Part shown: piece by piece, positions 1 through 9,881 of the stretch | Layout of the letters: every line of letters starts with the position of its first letter | Numbering within the stretch: the first letter of the stretch is position 1 | Made by a program: the position numbers and the translations under genes | The notes under the pieces: generated by a model | The model's input: the letters and a program-made list of their open reading frames with translations, nothing else | Told to the model about the DNA's origin: nothing | Database searches by the model: none | Origin: a virus | Lineage: Duplodnaviria > Caudoviricetes | Reading direction: 5' to 3' (one strand) | Virus record (IMG/VR): IMGVR_UViG_3300025083_000021 | Span: 1 to 61,873 of that record | DNA: 61,873 bases

Positions 1-1
1 T

Positions 2-142
2 CTATCAACATATCTTGAAAGGGCTGGAATGAAATTATTAAAAGATGAAAAGTTAAGTAATTACTTTGACTATAGTCTTGGAAGACAAATACTTCAGTGT
101 ATTGAAGAAGAAGGAGAATGTAATTTCTCGGCAGAATTATAA
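2..142 (+). CDS. 3' end of a hypothetical protein, truncated by the window edge
   Basis: Open frame LSTYLERAG...EEEGECNFSAEL with TAA at 140-142, followed by the A-rich leader of the next gene. Confidence 0.6.
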   Translation, partial: LSTYLERAGMKLLKDEKLSNYFDYSLGRQILQCIEEEGECNFSAEL

Positions 143-169
143 TAAACTAAATAAAAAAAAAGAAAAATA

Positions 170-1441
170 ATGGCACAAGTAAATTTAAACGCAAAAGAAC
201 TAAAGGGATTTTTAAATCATATTATTAATAATAATAGATCTCTTCAGGAAAAAGGTAAGCTTCCAGTAGCAGTTGAAGTAGTAGGTGAATCAGGTATTGG
301 TAAAACATCTAATATATTAGAAATTGCTAATGATAATAATTTAAACTTTGTTAAGTTAAACTTAGCTCAGATTGAGGAGCTAGGTGACTTAGTTGGTTTC
401 CCTGTACGTCAGTTTCAGATGTATAAAGAAAAGATTGTCTCAAAGACAACAGGAGATCAGTTAAATTATACTGCGGCGCAAAGAGCAGCTGCATCTAAAG
501 ATCTAGCAGATATGACTCAAAAGACAACTAAGAAAGTTGGAATGTGGGTTGATGAGCTTGCTGTACAAGAGTATCTAAAGAACGGATACAAGATGACGGG
601 TAAAAACAGAATGTCTTACTGTGCTCCAGAGTGGATTGCAGATAAGAAAGAAGGTGGTATCTTGTTACTTGATGATTGGAATCGTGCAGATATGCGCTTT
701 ATTCAAGCATGTATGGAATTGATTGATAGACAAAGTTATATCTCATGGACGCTTCCAAAGGACTGGCATATTGTTCTAACAGCTAATCCTGATAATGGAG
801 ATTATTTAGTAAACAGTATTGACTCTGCTCAGAAGACCAGGTATATTACTGCAAGTCTAAAATTTGATGTTAATGTATGGGCTGAGTGGGCTGAGGATGC
901 AGGTATTGATTCAAGATGTATTAACTTCTTGTTATTACATCCAGAACTTGTTACTCAAGAAACTAATGCAAGATCTATCACAACATTCTTTAACGCAATA
1001 TCAAGCTTTGATTCTTTTGAAAGCAACTTAGCAATGGTACAGATGATTGGTGAAGGTAGTGTAGGAGATGCATTTGCTTCTATGTTTACAACTTTCATTA
1101 ATAATAAGCTAGATAAGTTAGTAACACCACATGATCTATTAACTCATGATAATGAGCAATACATTTTAAATGAGCTTAGATCTTGTATTGGTAAAGATGA
1201 TAACTATCGTGCAGATATTGCATCTACATTAGCTACAAGATTATCTAATTACTCTTTGGTATATGCTAAAGAAAATAAGATAACTCAAAAGGTGACAGAT
1301 AGATTAATTGCATTATGTACAAAAGATTATTTTACAAATGATCTAAAGTATATGATTGTAAGAACCATCTTTAACGGAAACAAACAGAAGTTTAATAAGA
1401 TGATGATGAATCCAGAAATCATCAAAATGACAATTAAATAA
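170..1441 (+). CDS. MoxR-like AAA+ ATPase
   Basis: Walker A GESGIGKT, Walker B ILLLDDWNRA, sensor VLTANP and arginine-finger region SAQKTR. Confidence 0.85.
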   Translation: MAQVNLNAKELKGFLNHIINNNRSLQEKGKLPVAVEVVGESGIGKTSNILEIANDNNLNFVKLNLAQIEELGDLVGFPVRQFQMYKEKIVSKTTGDQLNYTAAQRAAASKDLADMTQKTTKKVGMWVDELAVQEYLKNGYKMTGKNRMSYCAPEWIADKKEGGILLLDDWNRADMRFIQACMELIDRQSYISWTLPKDWHIVLTANPDNGDYLVNSIDSAQKTRYITASLKFDVNVWAEWAEDAGIDSRCINFLLLHPELVTQETNARSITTFFNAISSFDSFESNLAMVQMIGEGSVGDAFASMFTTFINNKLDKLVTPHDLLTHDNEQYILNELRSCIGKDDNYRADIASTLATRLSNYSLVYAKENKITQKVTDRLIALCTKDYFTNDLKYMIVRTIFNGNKQKFNKMMMNPEIIKMTIK

Positions 1442-1442
1442 T

Positions 1443-2477
1443 ATGGCAAGTAAATCAGTATATCAAGAATATGATGCTGATGCACTAAAACATTTTGGTT
1501 TGGCAAGTGATCCTGTATATGGGATCCTTGCTGGATCAAATATAGAAAGTGTATTAGTCACTCAAGATAATACAACATATGGTAAAATAGAAGATATATT
1601 AAAATCTAGCAAAGAAACAGATACTAGCTTTAGAAATAAAAAGAAAGCATTTGTTATGCCTGGTGCTGATATATCGTTAGATAAAATAAAAGCTGCTTTA
1701 AAAGAGCATAAGATAACTATAACAAATGATTATACAAAAGCAGATCTAATTATAACAAATGATAATATAGCAAGAAGATGTAAGCATGGAGAAAATATTC
1801 CAACAAGTAAAATGCTTATAAAGTTGGTAAATTATGAATTAGTTAAAGATGGTGCTTCACCACACAGATCTTTTGTTGATGGTTTAATAGATGAATATAA
1901 AGGAAATGTAATTCTAACTGAAAAGATTACAGAACATACTAAATATTATTATCATACAGCAGTTGATAGTCTTTATGATAATTGGATTATAACAGGTCTT
2001 GCACTTAATATAGCACATCTTATAGATACAGGAGTATCTGGCACCGTAGATTGTGAAACTATACTACATGCTTCTTCTTCACAAATGGATCTTACAGAAG
2101 AACTATTATCTCAATTAACCGCTATGCTTCATGGTGGTAAAGAAGAGAAAGAGATGGCAGCAAGTATTATACCAAATTTAAATCCTTTTAAAAATTATCA
2201 CTTACTATGGCAGTTTTCTCAAAAGAATACTAGTTTAACTTATGAATTTAGCAGGAATAAAAATATACAATATTGGTTAGGTCAAGTAAATTTTAGTGAT
2301 ATAATGTATAGATCAGCTGAACAAATGATCCTCTGGTTAGAGGAAAATGAATTACTTGATGGAATATCTTTTAAGTATCTTGAACCTATAGTACGTAAAG
2401 AAATCAGTATTCATAATAGAAACTTGTATGTATTCAAAGTATCAGTAAAAAAAGAGTATCAAAAATATTTAAAATAA
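1443..2477 (+). CDS. Hypothetical protein with a BRCT-like segment; distant paralog of 2482..3501
   Basis: 344-aa ORF. Segment KAFVMPGADISLDKIKAALKEHKITITNDYTKADLII aligns by eye with the next ORF. Confidence 0.6.
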   Translation: MASKSVYQEYDADALKHFGLASDPVYGILAGSNIESVLVTQDNTTYGKIEDILKSSKETDTSFRNKKKAFVMPGADISLDKIKAALKEHKITITNDYTKADLIITNDNIARRCKHGENIPTSKMLIKLVNYELVKDGASPHRSFVDGLIDEYKGNVILTEKITEHTKYYYHTAVDSLYDNWIITGLALNIAHLIDTGVSGTVDCETILHASSSQMDLTEELLSQLTAMLHGGKEEKEMAASIIPNLNPFKNYHLLWQFSQKNTSLTYEFSRNKNIQYWLGQVNFSDIMYRSAEQMILWLEENELLDGISFKYLEPIVRKEISIHNRNLYVFKVSVKKEYQKYLK

Positions 2478-2481
2478 AAAA

Positions 2482-3501
2482 ATGAGACACATAAAAGAAT
2501 ATTTAGTAGAATTTGTAAACGGTAAATGGGAATCTGATTTTGAAACATATATGATAAATTTAGATCAAATAACAATAGATCTAGACGTAAATAATTTAGA
2601 TGGAAAATCATTTTATAGATATCCTAAATTAAACTTACCAAGAACAAAAGTAGATAGTTTAAAGTCAAAGTATAATATAAATATAACTAGAAGTGAAGAT
2701 AACGCTGATTATAGAATTATATCAGAAAAGTTTTTAGAATTAAGTGGTAGAGGTTATTATTGGAGTACATATAATATTTATGATGTATTAGAAAAAACAA
2801 AACAATTAAAAAATTCTGATGATTATAAAGGTTTTATAGATGTACTTGAAGAAATAGATAATAAACATTGTTTAAGATTTAAATATTATAATTTACCTGA
2901 TGATTTAAGAGAGATATGTAGAGATGTTGAGACAGCTGCTTATTTTCAAAATGGTTATATTAGAATTAGTTCTGAAACTTTTAACTTTTTATCTAAGAAA
3001 AATAATTTAGTATTGGATAGTAATTTAATAAAACTGGCTAATTCAGAATCAACTGTACTTGATAAAGAGCAATATTATAGTCTTGTGGAAATGATAAGAA
3101 GTAAAGATAATGATAATATAACAGTTGCTTTAGAAGTTATGGCTAATTGTAATATAGAAGAATCATTAGATTATATTTCATTAGTTTATTATTTTTATTA
3201 TGATAGACTTAGATATTCAAATAATTGGAATAGTGTAAATGTAAAAGCACTAAGAAACAGATTAAAAAGTTTTGATAATCATTCGTCAGGATCTTCATCC
3301 AGAGGTTGGTATTATAATAGATATATTAAAATACTTGCTAGAGAAAATTATCTAACAAAATTTGCATTTTTAGTGGTTCAGAAATATGTTTATCATAATG
3401 TTGTTTTACGCGCATTAGATATAAGTGAATCTGAAGGTACTTTTAAAATAGATCATAAATCTATTCAACTATCTGATGAATTTGAATCACAAATAATTTA
3501 A
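2482..3501 (+). CDS. Hypothetical protein with a BRCT-like segment; distant paralog of 1443..2477
   Basis: 339-aa ORF containing KSFYRYPKLNLPRTKVDSLKSKYNINITRSEDNADYRII. Confidence 0.6.
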   Translation: MRHIKEYLVEFVNGKWESDFETYMINLDQITIDLDVNNLDGKSFYRYPKLNLPRTKVDSLKSKYNINITRSEDNADYRIISEKFLELSGRGYYWSTYNIYDVLEKTKQLKNSDDYKGFIDVLEEIDNKHCLRFKYYNLPDDLREICRDVETAAYFQNGYIRISSETFNFLSKKNNLVLDSNLIKLANSESTVLDKEQYYSLVEMIRSKDNDNITVALEVMANCNIEESLDYISLVYYFYYDRLRYSNNWNSVNVKALRNRLKSFDNHSSGSSSRGWYYNRYIKILARENYLTKFAFLVVQKYVYHNVVLRALDISESEGTFKIDHKSIQLSDEFESQII

Positions 3502-3506
3502 ATTAT

Positions 3507-3542
3507 AGAGGTGGTATATTAAATTACACCACCTCTTATTTA
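3507..3542 (+). terminator. Stem-loop, probable intrinsic terminator or processing site
   Basis: Perfect 9-bp inverted repeat AGAGGTGGT...ACCACCTCT (3507-3536) just after a stop codon, followed by TATTTA. Confidence 0.6.
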
Positions 3543-3568
3543 AATAAATCTTAAAAAACTTAAACAAA

Positions 3569-4555
3569 ATGAGAATAGACAAACAAAAAGAAGATGATTT
3601 TTATAAGAAAGAATTTAATTTTAGTTATTCATCACTAAATAAATTATTATTTTCTCCTTCTTTATTTTATAAAGATTATATACTAAATGAACGTGAAGTT
3701 AAAACAGATAAACATTTAGTTGAAGGTAAATTAATACACTGTTTAGTATTTGAACCTGAGAATTTAGAAAATAAATTTAATGTATTACCTGGTAAGTTAC
3801 CAAGTGATTCAGTAAAAAAGGTTCTAAAGGATATGAGTTTTCATACAGATGCTGAGAAGCTAGCTGATGTAGAAGACTTTGTTATATTGGATTCATTAAA
3901 GCAGATGAACTTATATCAGTCTCTCAAAAAAGATGAGGCAAGAATAGATAAGATCAAAGTGGATAGTTATCAAACATATTGGGAGTATTTATCCAATACA
4001 GATAAGGACCCAATTGATCAGGATACACTGATTAAATGTAAAGATCAAGCAGAAATGATAAAAAATAACAAATATGTTATGTCTTTATTTAATGAAGTAT
4101 CTACTGACTTTGATTTAGATCCTATAGAAACACATGCAGAAAAATATCTTTCATCTAAAATAGAAGGTCAACCTTTTGGGTTACACGGTTATATAGATTA
4201 TTATAAAATCAACCATGATACAAAAGAAGTATTAATATATGATCTTAAAACAACAGGTAAAGCAGTTACAGACTTTAAAGAAACTGTAGACTTTTATAAC
4301 TACTGGCTTCAAGCATCTATATATTGTAAATTAGTTTATGATTCATTAGGTGATAAAGCAGATGAATATGATATTAAGTTTAATTTTATTGTAATAGATA
4401 AGTATAATCAGATATACACGTTCCCTGTTAGTGATACATCATTAAGTAAATGGGCTGAAGGATTAGAGTATGTAATTGGTGTTGCAAAGCACCATTATAC
4501 AGAAAATAATTACTCATTGCCTTATGAATTACTTACAAATGTTGTAACTTTATAG
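3569..4555 (+). CDS. PD-(D/E)XK exonuclease (exonuclease VIII/DUF3799-like)
   Basis: FSYSSL, EGKLIHCLVFEP, HGYID...IYDLKTT and YWLQASIY motifs. Confidence 0.8.
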   Translation: MRIDKQKEDDFYKKEFNFSYSSLNKLLFSPSLFYKDYILNEREVKTDKHLVEGKLIHCLVFEPENLENKFNVLPGKLPSDSVKKVLKDMSFHTDAEKLADVEDFVILDSLKQMNLYQSLKKDEARIDKIKVDSYQTYWEYLSNTDKDPIDQDTLIKCKDQAEMIKNNKYVMSLFNEVSTDFDLDPIETHAEKYLSSKIEGQPFGLHGYIDYYKINHDTKEVLIYDLKTTGKAVTDFKETVDFYNYWLQASIYCKLVYDSLGDKADEYDIKFNFIVIDKYNQIYTFPVSDTSLSKWAEGLEYVIGVAKHHYTENNYSLPYELLTNVVTL

Positions 4556-4556
4556 T

Positions 4557-5135
4557 ATGGATAAGGTTTATAGTGATTATTTTCAGAAGAGTAAGGTGTT
4601 TTTATATCCTTTATTAGATTTTAAGAAAGGATTAGAGTTTGTACCTAAACAAACATATATAATGTGGGATAATCATTATTACATACAAGATAGAAAGTTA
4701 TTATGTTTATATAAAGAGAAAAGAACTCATGAGTTTAGATCTTTTGAACAGAATGTAATACACAAAGCAAAGCTATTTGATAGTCATATTGAATTAGATA
4801 AGAATAATCAGCTTTTTATATTTGATTTTAGCAGTCTTAAAGAAGACTATGATCATTTTATAAAAGGTGAATACTCTAGATTAAGCATTGAATCTAAATT
4901 AACCATTACTAGGTTTTTTGGAGATACTGTTAAAATTATAGAACGTGTTGACTCTTATCTTTTTCCTTATGATTTTCATGAAAAATATGCTGAATTACTT
5001 AATGTAGATATCAAGCTTATTGAAAATGTAAATGAGTTATGTGATAAATTAGATTCCAGAAAAGAAACACTATTAGATATTTATGAAAATAGTGAGATTA
5101 ATATTTTAAATAGTATATTTGAAAAAAATAAATAA
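4557..5135 (+). CDS. Hypothetical phage protein
   Basis: 192-aa ORF starting 1 nt after the nuclease stop codon. Confidence 0.7.
   Translation: MDKVYSDYFQKSKVFLYPLLDFKKGLEFVPKQTYIMWDNHYYIQDRKLLCLYKEKRTHEFRSFEQNVIHKAKLFDSHIELDKNNQLFIFDFSSLKEDYDHFIKGEYSRLSIESKLTITRFFGDTVKIIERVDSYLFPYDFHEKYAELLNVDIKLIENVNELCDKLDSRKETLLDIYENSEINILNSIFEKNK
5111..5121 (+). promoter_or_regulatory. Bacteroidota-type -7 promoter element (TAnnTTTG)
   Basis: TAGTATATTTG about 19 nt upstream of the ATG at 5140. Confidence 0.5.
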
Positions 5136-5139
5136 AATT

Positions 5140-5559
5140 ATGTCAAATACAATTGGAAAAAACATGATGATTGTAACATCAAGTTTTAGAAATGTAAAGT
5201 CATTCACCCTTATTCCAGCAACATCGGATTGTCCGTATGTTGAAGCTATGTATGATCCCTCTTCAGGTATACTAGCTGTTATTAGTAAAGTAATGAAGCA
5301 GTCTTATCACATGATTCCTAAGCTGGATGATAACGGTGAGCCTGTAAGATTAAAGGCACCTAATAAAAATACAGGTAAAACTGTAAAAGAAGAAAGAAGA
5401 TTAGTAGATACTTTTTCTGAGTTTTATATAAGTGATGCAAAGGATATAGAAACTTTCATTCATTTATTTTCTATCAATGCTGATACGTTTGATTACAAAC
5501 AATACATAGTTGATACAAAAGAACCAGTAAAAAAATCTAACATCATTACATCTGTGTAA
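5140..5559 (+). CDS. Hypothetical phage protein (start more likely ATG 5140 than TTG 5119)
   Basis: ORF MSNTIGK... preceded by an A-rich leader and a promoter-like motif. Confidence 0.7.
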   Translation: MSNTIGKNMMIVTSSFRNVKSFTLIPATSDCPYVEAMYDPSSGILAVISKVMKQSYHMIPKLDDNGEPVRLKAPNKNTGKTVKEERRLVDTFSEFYISDAKDIETFIHLFSINADTFDYKQYIVDTKEPVKKSNIITSV

Positions 5560-5582
5560 TACAGATCTATATTAAACCAACC

Positions 5583-5617
5583 AAAAAAAAGATATATTAA
5601 TTTATATCTTTTTTTTT
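5583..5617 (+). terminator. AT-rich hairpin with flanking A and T tracts; possibly bidirectional terminator
   Basis: AAAAAAAAGATATA-ttaatt-TATATCTTTTTTTTT. Confidence 0.5.
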
Positions 5618-5638
5618 CTCTAAAATTAACTAAGCATT

Positions 5639-7636
5639 ATGAACAAACAACATTGGGTACACGATTATGAAACACTAAGCAATTGTTTTACTGCTTGCTT
5701 TCAAGATTATAAAAGTCAAGAAACAAAAATATTTGTTATTCATGACTTAAGAAATGATCTTGAAGAGTTTATTAATTTTCTAGGTAGGAACGTTAAAAAT
5801 AAAGAATGGCACATATCTTATAATGGTTTAGCCTTTGATGCACAAGTAACTCATTTTATTATAGATAACTATAAGAATTGGTTAGACTTAAGCGCATGTG
5901 AAATAGCCAATACCATTTATAGATATGCTCAGAGATGTATAGAAAAATCAAACAAAAAAGATTTTCAAGATTATCCTTTATGGAAGATGAAAATAGGACA
6001 GATTGATTTATTTAAAATGCATCACTGGGATAATCCAGCAAAACGTTCTAGTCTTAAATGGATTCAGTATAGTATGGATTGGGATAACATCCTAGACATG
6101 CCTATACATCATAATACAGAAATAACTACAACTGAAGAAATAAATACAATACTTGAATATAATATTAATGATGTTGAGTCAACTAAAGAAATATTAAATA
6201 GATCTAAGGAATTAATTAATTTAAGAAAAGAGCTAACAGGTAAGTATGGTATAAATTTATTCAGTGCATCTGAACCAAGAATAAGTAAAGAGTTATTTGC
6301 TTATTATATGTCTCAAAAACTTAATATAGAAAAAAGAGATCTCAAAAAAATGAGAACTCATAGAAGCAGTATTAAGTTTAAAGATATAATATTACCATAT
6401 ATAAAGTTTGAGTCCCCGGAATTTAAACAGCTACATGATAGATTTAAATCTGTTGAGATAGATCCTGAAAGAATGAAAGGCGCTTTTAAGTATTCAGTTA
6501 CTTATAAAGATGTCAAGACAGACTTTGGTGTAGGTGGTGTTCATGGTGCAAGAACTTCAGGTATATATAAATCTGATGATGATTATGTTATTATGTCTTC
6601 GGATGTCACTAGTTTCTATCCCAATCTTGTGATTAGAAATAAGTGGTCTCCTGGACATTTTCCAGCACAAGAGTTTTGTGATCAGTATGAGTGGTTCTTT
6701 GAGGAGAGAAAGAAGATACCTAAGAGTAATCCAATGAACTATGTTTATAAGATTATTCTTAATTCTACTTTTGGTCTTAGCAATGATAAGAATAGTTTCT
6801 TTTATGATCCTGAGTTAACAATGAGAATTACTATTAATGGTCAGTTATCTCTAATAATGTTATATGAAATGATCATGGAAAGAATACCAGGAGCTGTTGC
6901 ATTAATGCAAAACACTGATGGTATTGAGACAAGAATATCTAGAGAATATGTAGATGAATACATGAAAATTTGTGAAGAGTGGGAAAAATTAACTAACTTA
7001 CAATTAGAACATGATGAATATCAAAAACTAGTTTTGGGTGATGTTAACAATTACATTGGTCTTAATAATTATAAAGAGGTTGATATAGCAACCTGGAGAA
7101 ACATTAAGAATAAAAATCCACATTACAAATTTAAAGTTGATGGAAATAAGTTCTTTTATGCAGGAGCAAAAATGAAAGGACGTTTTGACTTTTATGGATT
7201 AGCATTACATAAAAATAAATCTAAATTAGTTATACCAAAAGCAGTGTATAATTATTTTATTCATGATATATTACCAGAGGAATATTTTAAAAAAAATAGA
7301 GATATACTTGATTACTGTATTGGAGGTAAATCAAAAGGTGATTGGCAAATTACATCTAGATATGTTGATAACGGAGAATATAAAGAAGAAAAACTTCAGA
7401 AGATAAACCGTTATTATATATCAAGAAATGGTGTCAAGCTAACCAAAGTTCATAAGACAGATGGTCGTGAAATACAACTTGAAGCAGGGAAATGGTTACA
7501 AACAGTTTTTAATAAAATGGAATGTAAACCTAAGTGGGATTCTTATAACATAAATATTGGTTATTATCTAGAAGCAGTTGAACAAGAAATAAATAATATC
7601 TTAAATGTTCCAAGTAAACAAATGAAATTATTTTAA
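5639..7636 (+). CDS. polB: DNA polymerase family B with 3'-5' exonuclease domain
   Basis: Exonuclease motifs HDYET, YNGLAFD and YNINDV. Polymerase motifs SSDVTSFYP, KIILNSTFG and QNTDG. Confidence 0.92.
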   Translation: MNKQHWVHDYETLSNCFTACFQDYKSQETKIFVIHDLRNDLEEFINFLGRNVKNKEWHISYNGLAFDAQVTHFIIDNYKNWLDLSACEIANTIYRYAQRCIEKSNKKDFQDYPLWKMKIGQIDLFKMHHWDNPAKRSSLKWIQYSMDWDNILDMPIHHNTEITTTEEINTILEYNINDVESTKEILNRSKELINLRKELTGKYGINLFSASEPRISKELFAYYMSQKLNIEKRDLKKMRTHRSSIKFKDIILPYIKFESPEFKQLHDRFKSVEIDPERMKGAFKYSVTYKDVKTDFGVGGVHGARTSGIYKSDDDYVIMSSDVTSFYPNLVIRNKWSPGHFPAQEFCDQYEWFFEERKKIPKSNPMNYVYKIILNSTFGLSNDKNSFFYDPELTMRITINGQLSLIMLYEMIMERIPGAVALMQNTDGIETRISREYVDEYMKICEEWEKLTNLQLEHDEYQKLVLGDVNNYIGLNNYKEVDIATWRNIKNKNPHYKFKVDGNKFFYAGAKMKGRFDFYGLALHKNKSKLVIPKAVYNYFIHDILPEEYFKKNRDILDYCIGGKSKGDWQITSRYVDNGEYKEEKLQKINRYYISRNGVKLTKVHKTDGREIQLEAGKWLQTVFNKMECKPKWDSYNINIGYYLEAVEQEINNILNVPSKQMKLF

Positions 7637-7637
7637 T

Positions 7638-8303
7638 ATGGCAGCAAAACAGAACAAGGAAAAAGTATCTCCAAAAGGTGCAATAAGGTTTTCAATAACT
7701 TTATCAGATGAGCAAAAAGTAGCAAAAGCAGAAATGCTAAAGCATGCTTTTAATTTTATATTAGGTAATGCAGGTAGTGGTAAAACACTACTTGCAGTAC
7801 AAACAGCTCTAGATCAGTACTTTAAGAGAAACTATAATAAGATAATTATAACAAGACCAACAGTTTCTACTGAAGATAATGGTTTCTTACCTGGTTCAGA
7901 AAAAGAAAAGATGGAGCCATGGTTGGTTCCTATACGTTCTAATATGAGAAAGGTGTATAATAAACCGGCTATCTTGGATAAAATGGAAAAAGAAGAATCC
8001 ATAGAGTTAGTTTCTCTTGCTCATTTTAGAGGTAGAACATTTGATAATTCAATAATAATTGTTGATGAGTTTCAAAACTTAACTAGATCACAGTTATCAA
8101 TGGTTCTTGGAAGACTTGGTAAAAATTCCATGATGATGTTTTGTGGAGATAATCAACAAGTAGATTTAAAAGATAGAAATTATTCAGCAATACATGAAGT
8201 ATCTAAAATAGTTTCTTCTCAACATGTTTACAAAGTTGTTTTAAAAGATAATCATAGACATGAATCTTTAATAGAAGTATTAGAATTATTAGCAAATAAC
8301 TAA
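7638..8303 (+). CDS. phoH: PhoH-like ATPase
   Basis: GNAGSGKT, IITRP, GFLPG, FRGRTF, IVDEFQN, GRLG and GDNQQVD. Confidence 0.92.
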   Translation: MAAKQNKEKVSPKGAIRFSITLSDEQKVAKAEMLKHAFNFILGNAGSGKTLLAVQTALDQYFKRNYNKIIITRPTVSTEDNGFLPGSEKEKMEPWLVPIRSNMRKVYNKPAILDKMEKEESIELVSLAHFRGRTFDNSIIIVDEFQNLTRSQLSMVLGRLGKNSMMMFCGDNQQVDLKDRNYSAIHEVSKIVSSQHVYKVVLKDNHRHESLIEVLELLANN

Positions 8304-8312
8304 ATAAAACAA

Positions 8313-8597
8313 ATGAACGCAAAAGAAAGAAAGAAAAGACCAGTATTCACTGGCGTTATTAAATATTTTCCTGATGCTTTACTAGAAGTATCTCGTGTAT
8401 CACTAAAAGGAAATGATCAACATCATCCTGATAAACCTTTACATTGGGATCGTAATAAATCATCTGATGATTATGACGCATTAGCTAGACATTTAATTGA
8501 TGCAGGTACAATTGATGATGATGGTATTCGTCATACAGCAAAAGTAGCATGGAGAGCATTAGCATGTTTACAGAAAGAATTGGAAGCTGATAAATAA
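8313..8597 (+). CDS. DUF5664-like protein (dATP/dGTP diphosphohydrolase N-terminal domain)
   Basis: Pattern FPDALLEVSRVSLKG...W...DALARH...D.DGIRHTAKVAWRAL. Confidence 0.7.
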   Translation: MNAKERKKRPVFTGVIKYFPDALLEVSRVSLKGNDQHHPDKPLHWDRNKSSDDYDALARHLIDAGTIDDDGIRHTAKVAWRALACLQKELEADK

Positions 8598-8998
8598 TGG
8601 AGTTAATAACAACACATCCAATAAAAAAATCAGATCTAGGATTTCATGCTAATCTATTTGGAGGAAAGCTTTTAGCTTGGTTAGATGCCGCTGGTGCAGC
8701 ATATGCTATGGAAGTATGTGATACACCCCGGATGGTAACAGTAATGATAGATAAATGTATCTTTAAAAAACCTGCTAAAGAAGGTCAGCTTATAAAAATA
8801 TATGGTAAGGTTGTGAATGTAGGTAATACATCTATAACCTTTTACCTAGAAGCTAGAGCTCATAATGTCTATTCTGGTATACAATCTGTTGTGTTATCAA
8901 CAAATATAAGATTTGTAAGGATAGATGAAAATAATGATGCTATACCTATAGCTGAAAAAGTAAGAATAAAATATAGTGATAAAAGTACAAGAGACTAA
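8597..8998 (+). CDS. Hotdog-fold acyl-CoA thioesterase (YciA-like)
   Basis: DLGFHANLFGGKLLAWLD, MVTV, FKKP, VGNTSI and FVRIDE. Confidence 0.85.
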   Translation: MELITTHPIKKSDLGFHANLFGGKLLAWLDAAGAAYAMEVCDTPRMVTVMIDKCIFKKPAKEGQLIKIYGKVVNVGNTSITFYLEARAHNVYSGIQSVVLSTNIRFVRIDENNDAIPIAEKVRIKYSDKSTRD

Positions 8999-9809
8999 AA
9001 CTCTTGTTACAAAAGACAACAATAATAGCGCTAACTGTATAGCTCCCAATATTATCTACGGATGTTTTGGAGGCTGTGTAGATACTTATTGTTATATGTC
9101 CAGGTATAATGGACATAGAGTTTTTGTTAACAAGAATGTTGATGAAATATTTCATTCTGTTGTTAAATGGGAAAAAGGATTTACTAAAGTACCTGATCAA
9201 CAGGACCCTATATATACTATGGTAGATGTTGCATGTAATTCAGATTTAGTTCTGATGCAAAAACATATGCCAGAACCGTTGATTGATTATCTTAAAAGAT
9301 ATGATGATCACCCACGGTTGAATAGTACAATGGCTACTAAGTATCCAAGTTTGTTGAACATTAATGTAAAAAAGTTCAACAAGAAACCAAGGGTAAGAGT
9401 AAGCTTGATGCCTCAGAAGTATTCAGATATATTAGAACCTAAGATGCAAAAGATTTCTTCTAGAATAGAAGATATAAATAGATTAAAAGATCTAGGATGG
9501 GAAGTACATTGTAATTATAGCCCTTTAGTGTTCTACCCCGGTTGGAAGGAGGAGTATTATAATCTCTTTAATGGAGTGAAGCAGGTAGCAGGAACGAACA
9601 AGTGTGAAGTTATAGCATTAACCAATCATGTAAATCAGATGGCTAAGGCAGAAGAACCAGCAAAAGAGTTAATGAAATATTCAAGAGAAGTAAAAAATAA
9701 ATCTGGAGTTATGAGGTATCCTCTCGTACATAAAACAAGATTGTTAAATGAGTTTAAAGAAATATATAAACAATTCTTTCCATTAAATACAATCCGTTAT
9801 ATATTTTAA
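8976..9809 (+). CDS. Spore photoproduct lyase-like radical SAM protein
   Basis: Cluster motif GCFGGCVDTYCYM, plus VACNSD, ATKY and RVSLMP segments resembling SplB. Confidence 0.75.
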   Translation: MIKVQETKTLVTKDNNNSANCIAPNIIYGCFGGCVDTYCYMSRYNGHRVFVNKNVDEIFHSVVKWEKGFTKVPDQQDPIYTMVDVACNSDLVLMQKHMPEPLIDYLKRYDDHPRLNSTMATKYPSLLNINVKKFNKKPRVRVSLMPQKYSDILEPKMQKISSRIEDINRLKDLGWEVHCNYSPLVFYPGWKEEYYNLFNGVKQVAGTNKCEVIALTNHVNQMAKAEEPAKELMKYSREVKNKSGVMRYPLVHKTRLLNEFKEIYKQFFPLNTIRYIF

Positions 9810-9881
9810 AAAAATAAATATATATATAGTTACTGACTCAAATTAATTCAGTATATTTACACCAAATAAGTTTAAAAAATT

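Noticed and set aside
3569-4555. Cas4 call for the nuclease
   Set aside because: Lacks the four-Cys Fe-S pattern of Cas4; a generic PD-(D/E)XK exonuclease fits better.
8313-8597. Z-genome (2-aminoadenine) pathway suggested by the DUF5664-like gene
   Set aside because: No PurZ or DatZ-like gene in the window; the domain alone is insufficient.
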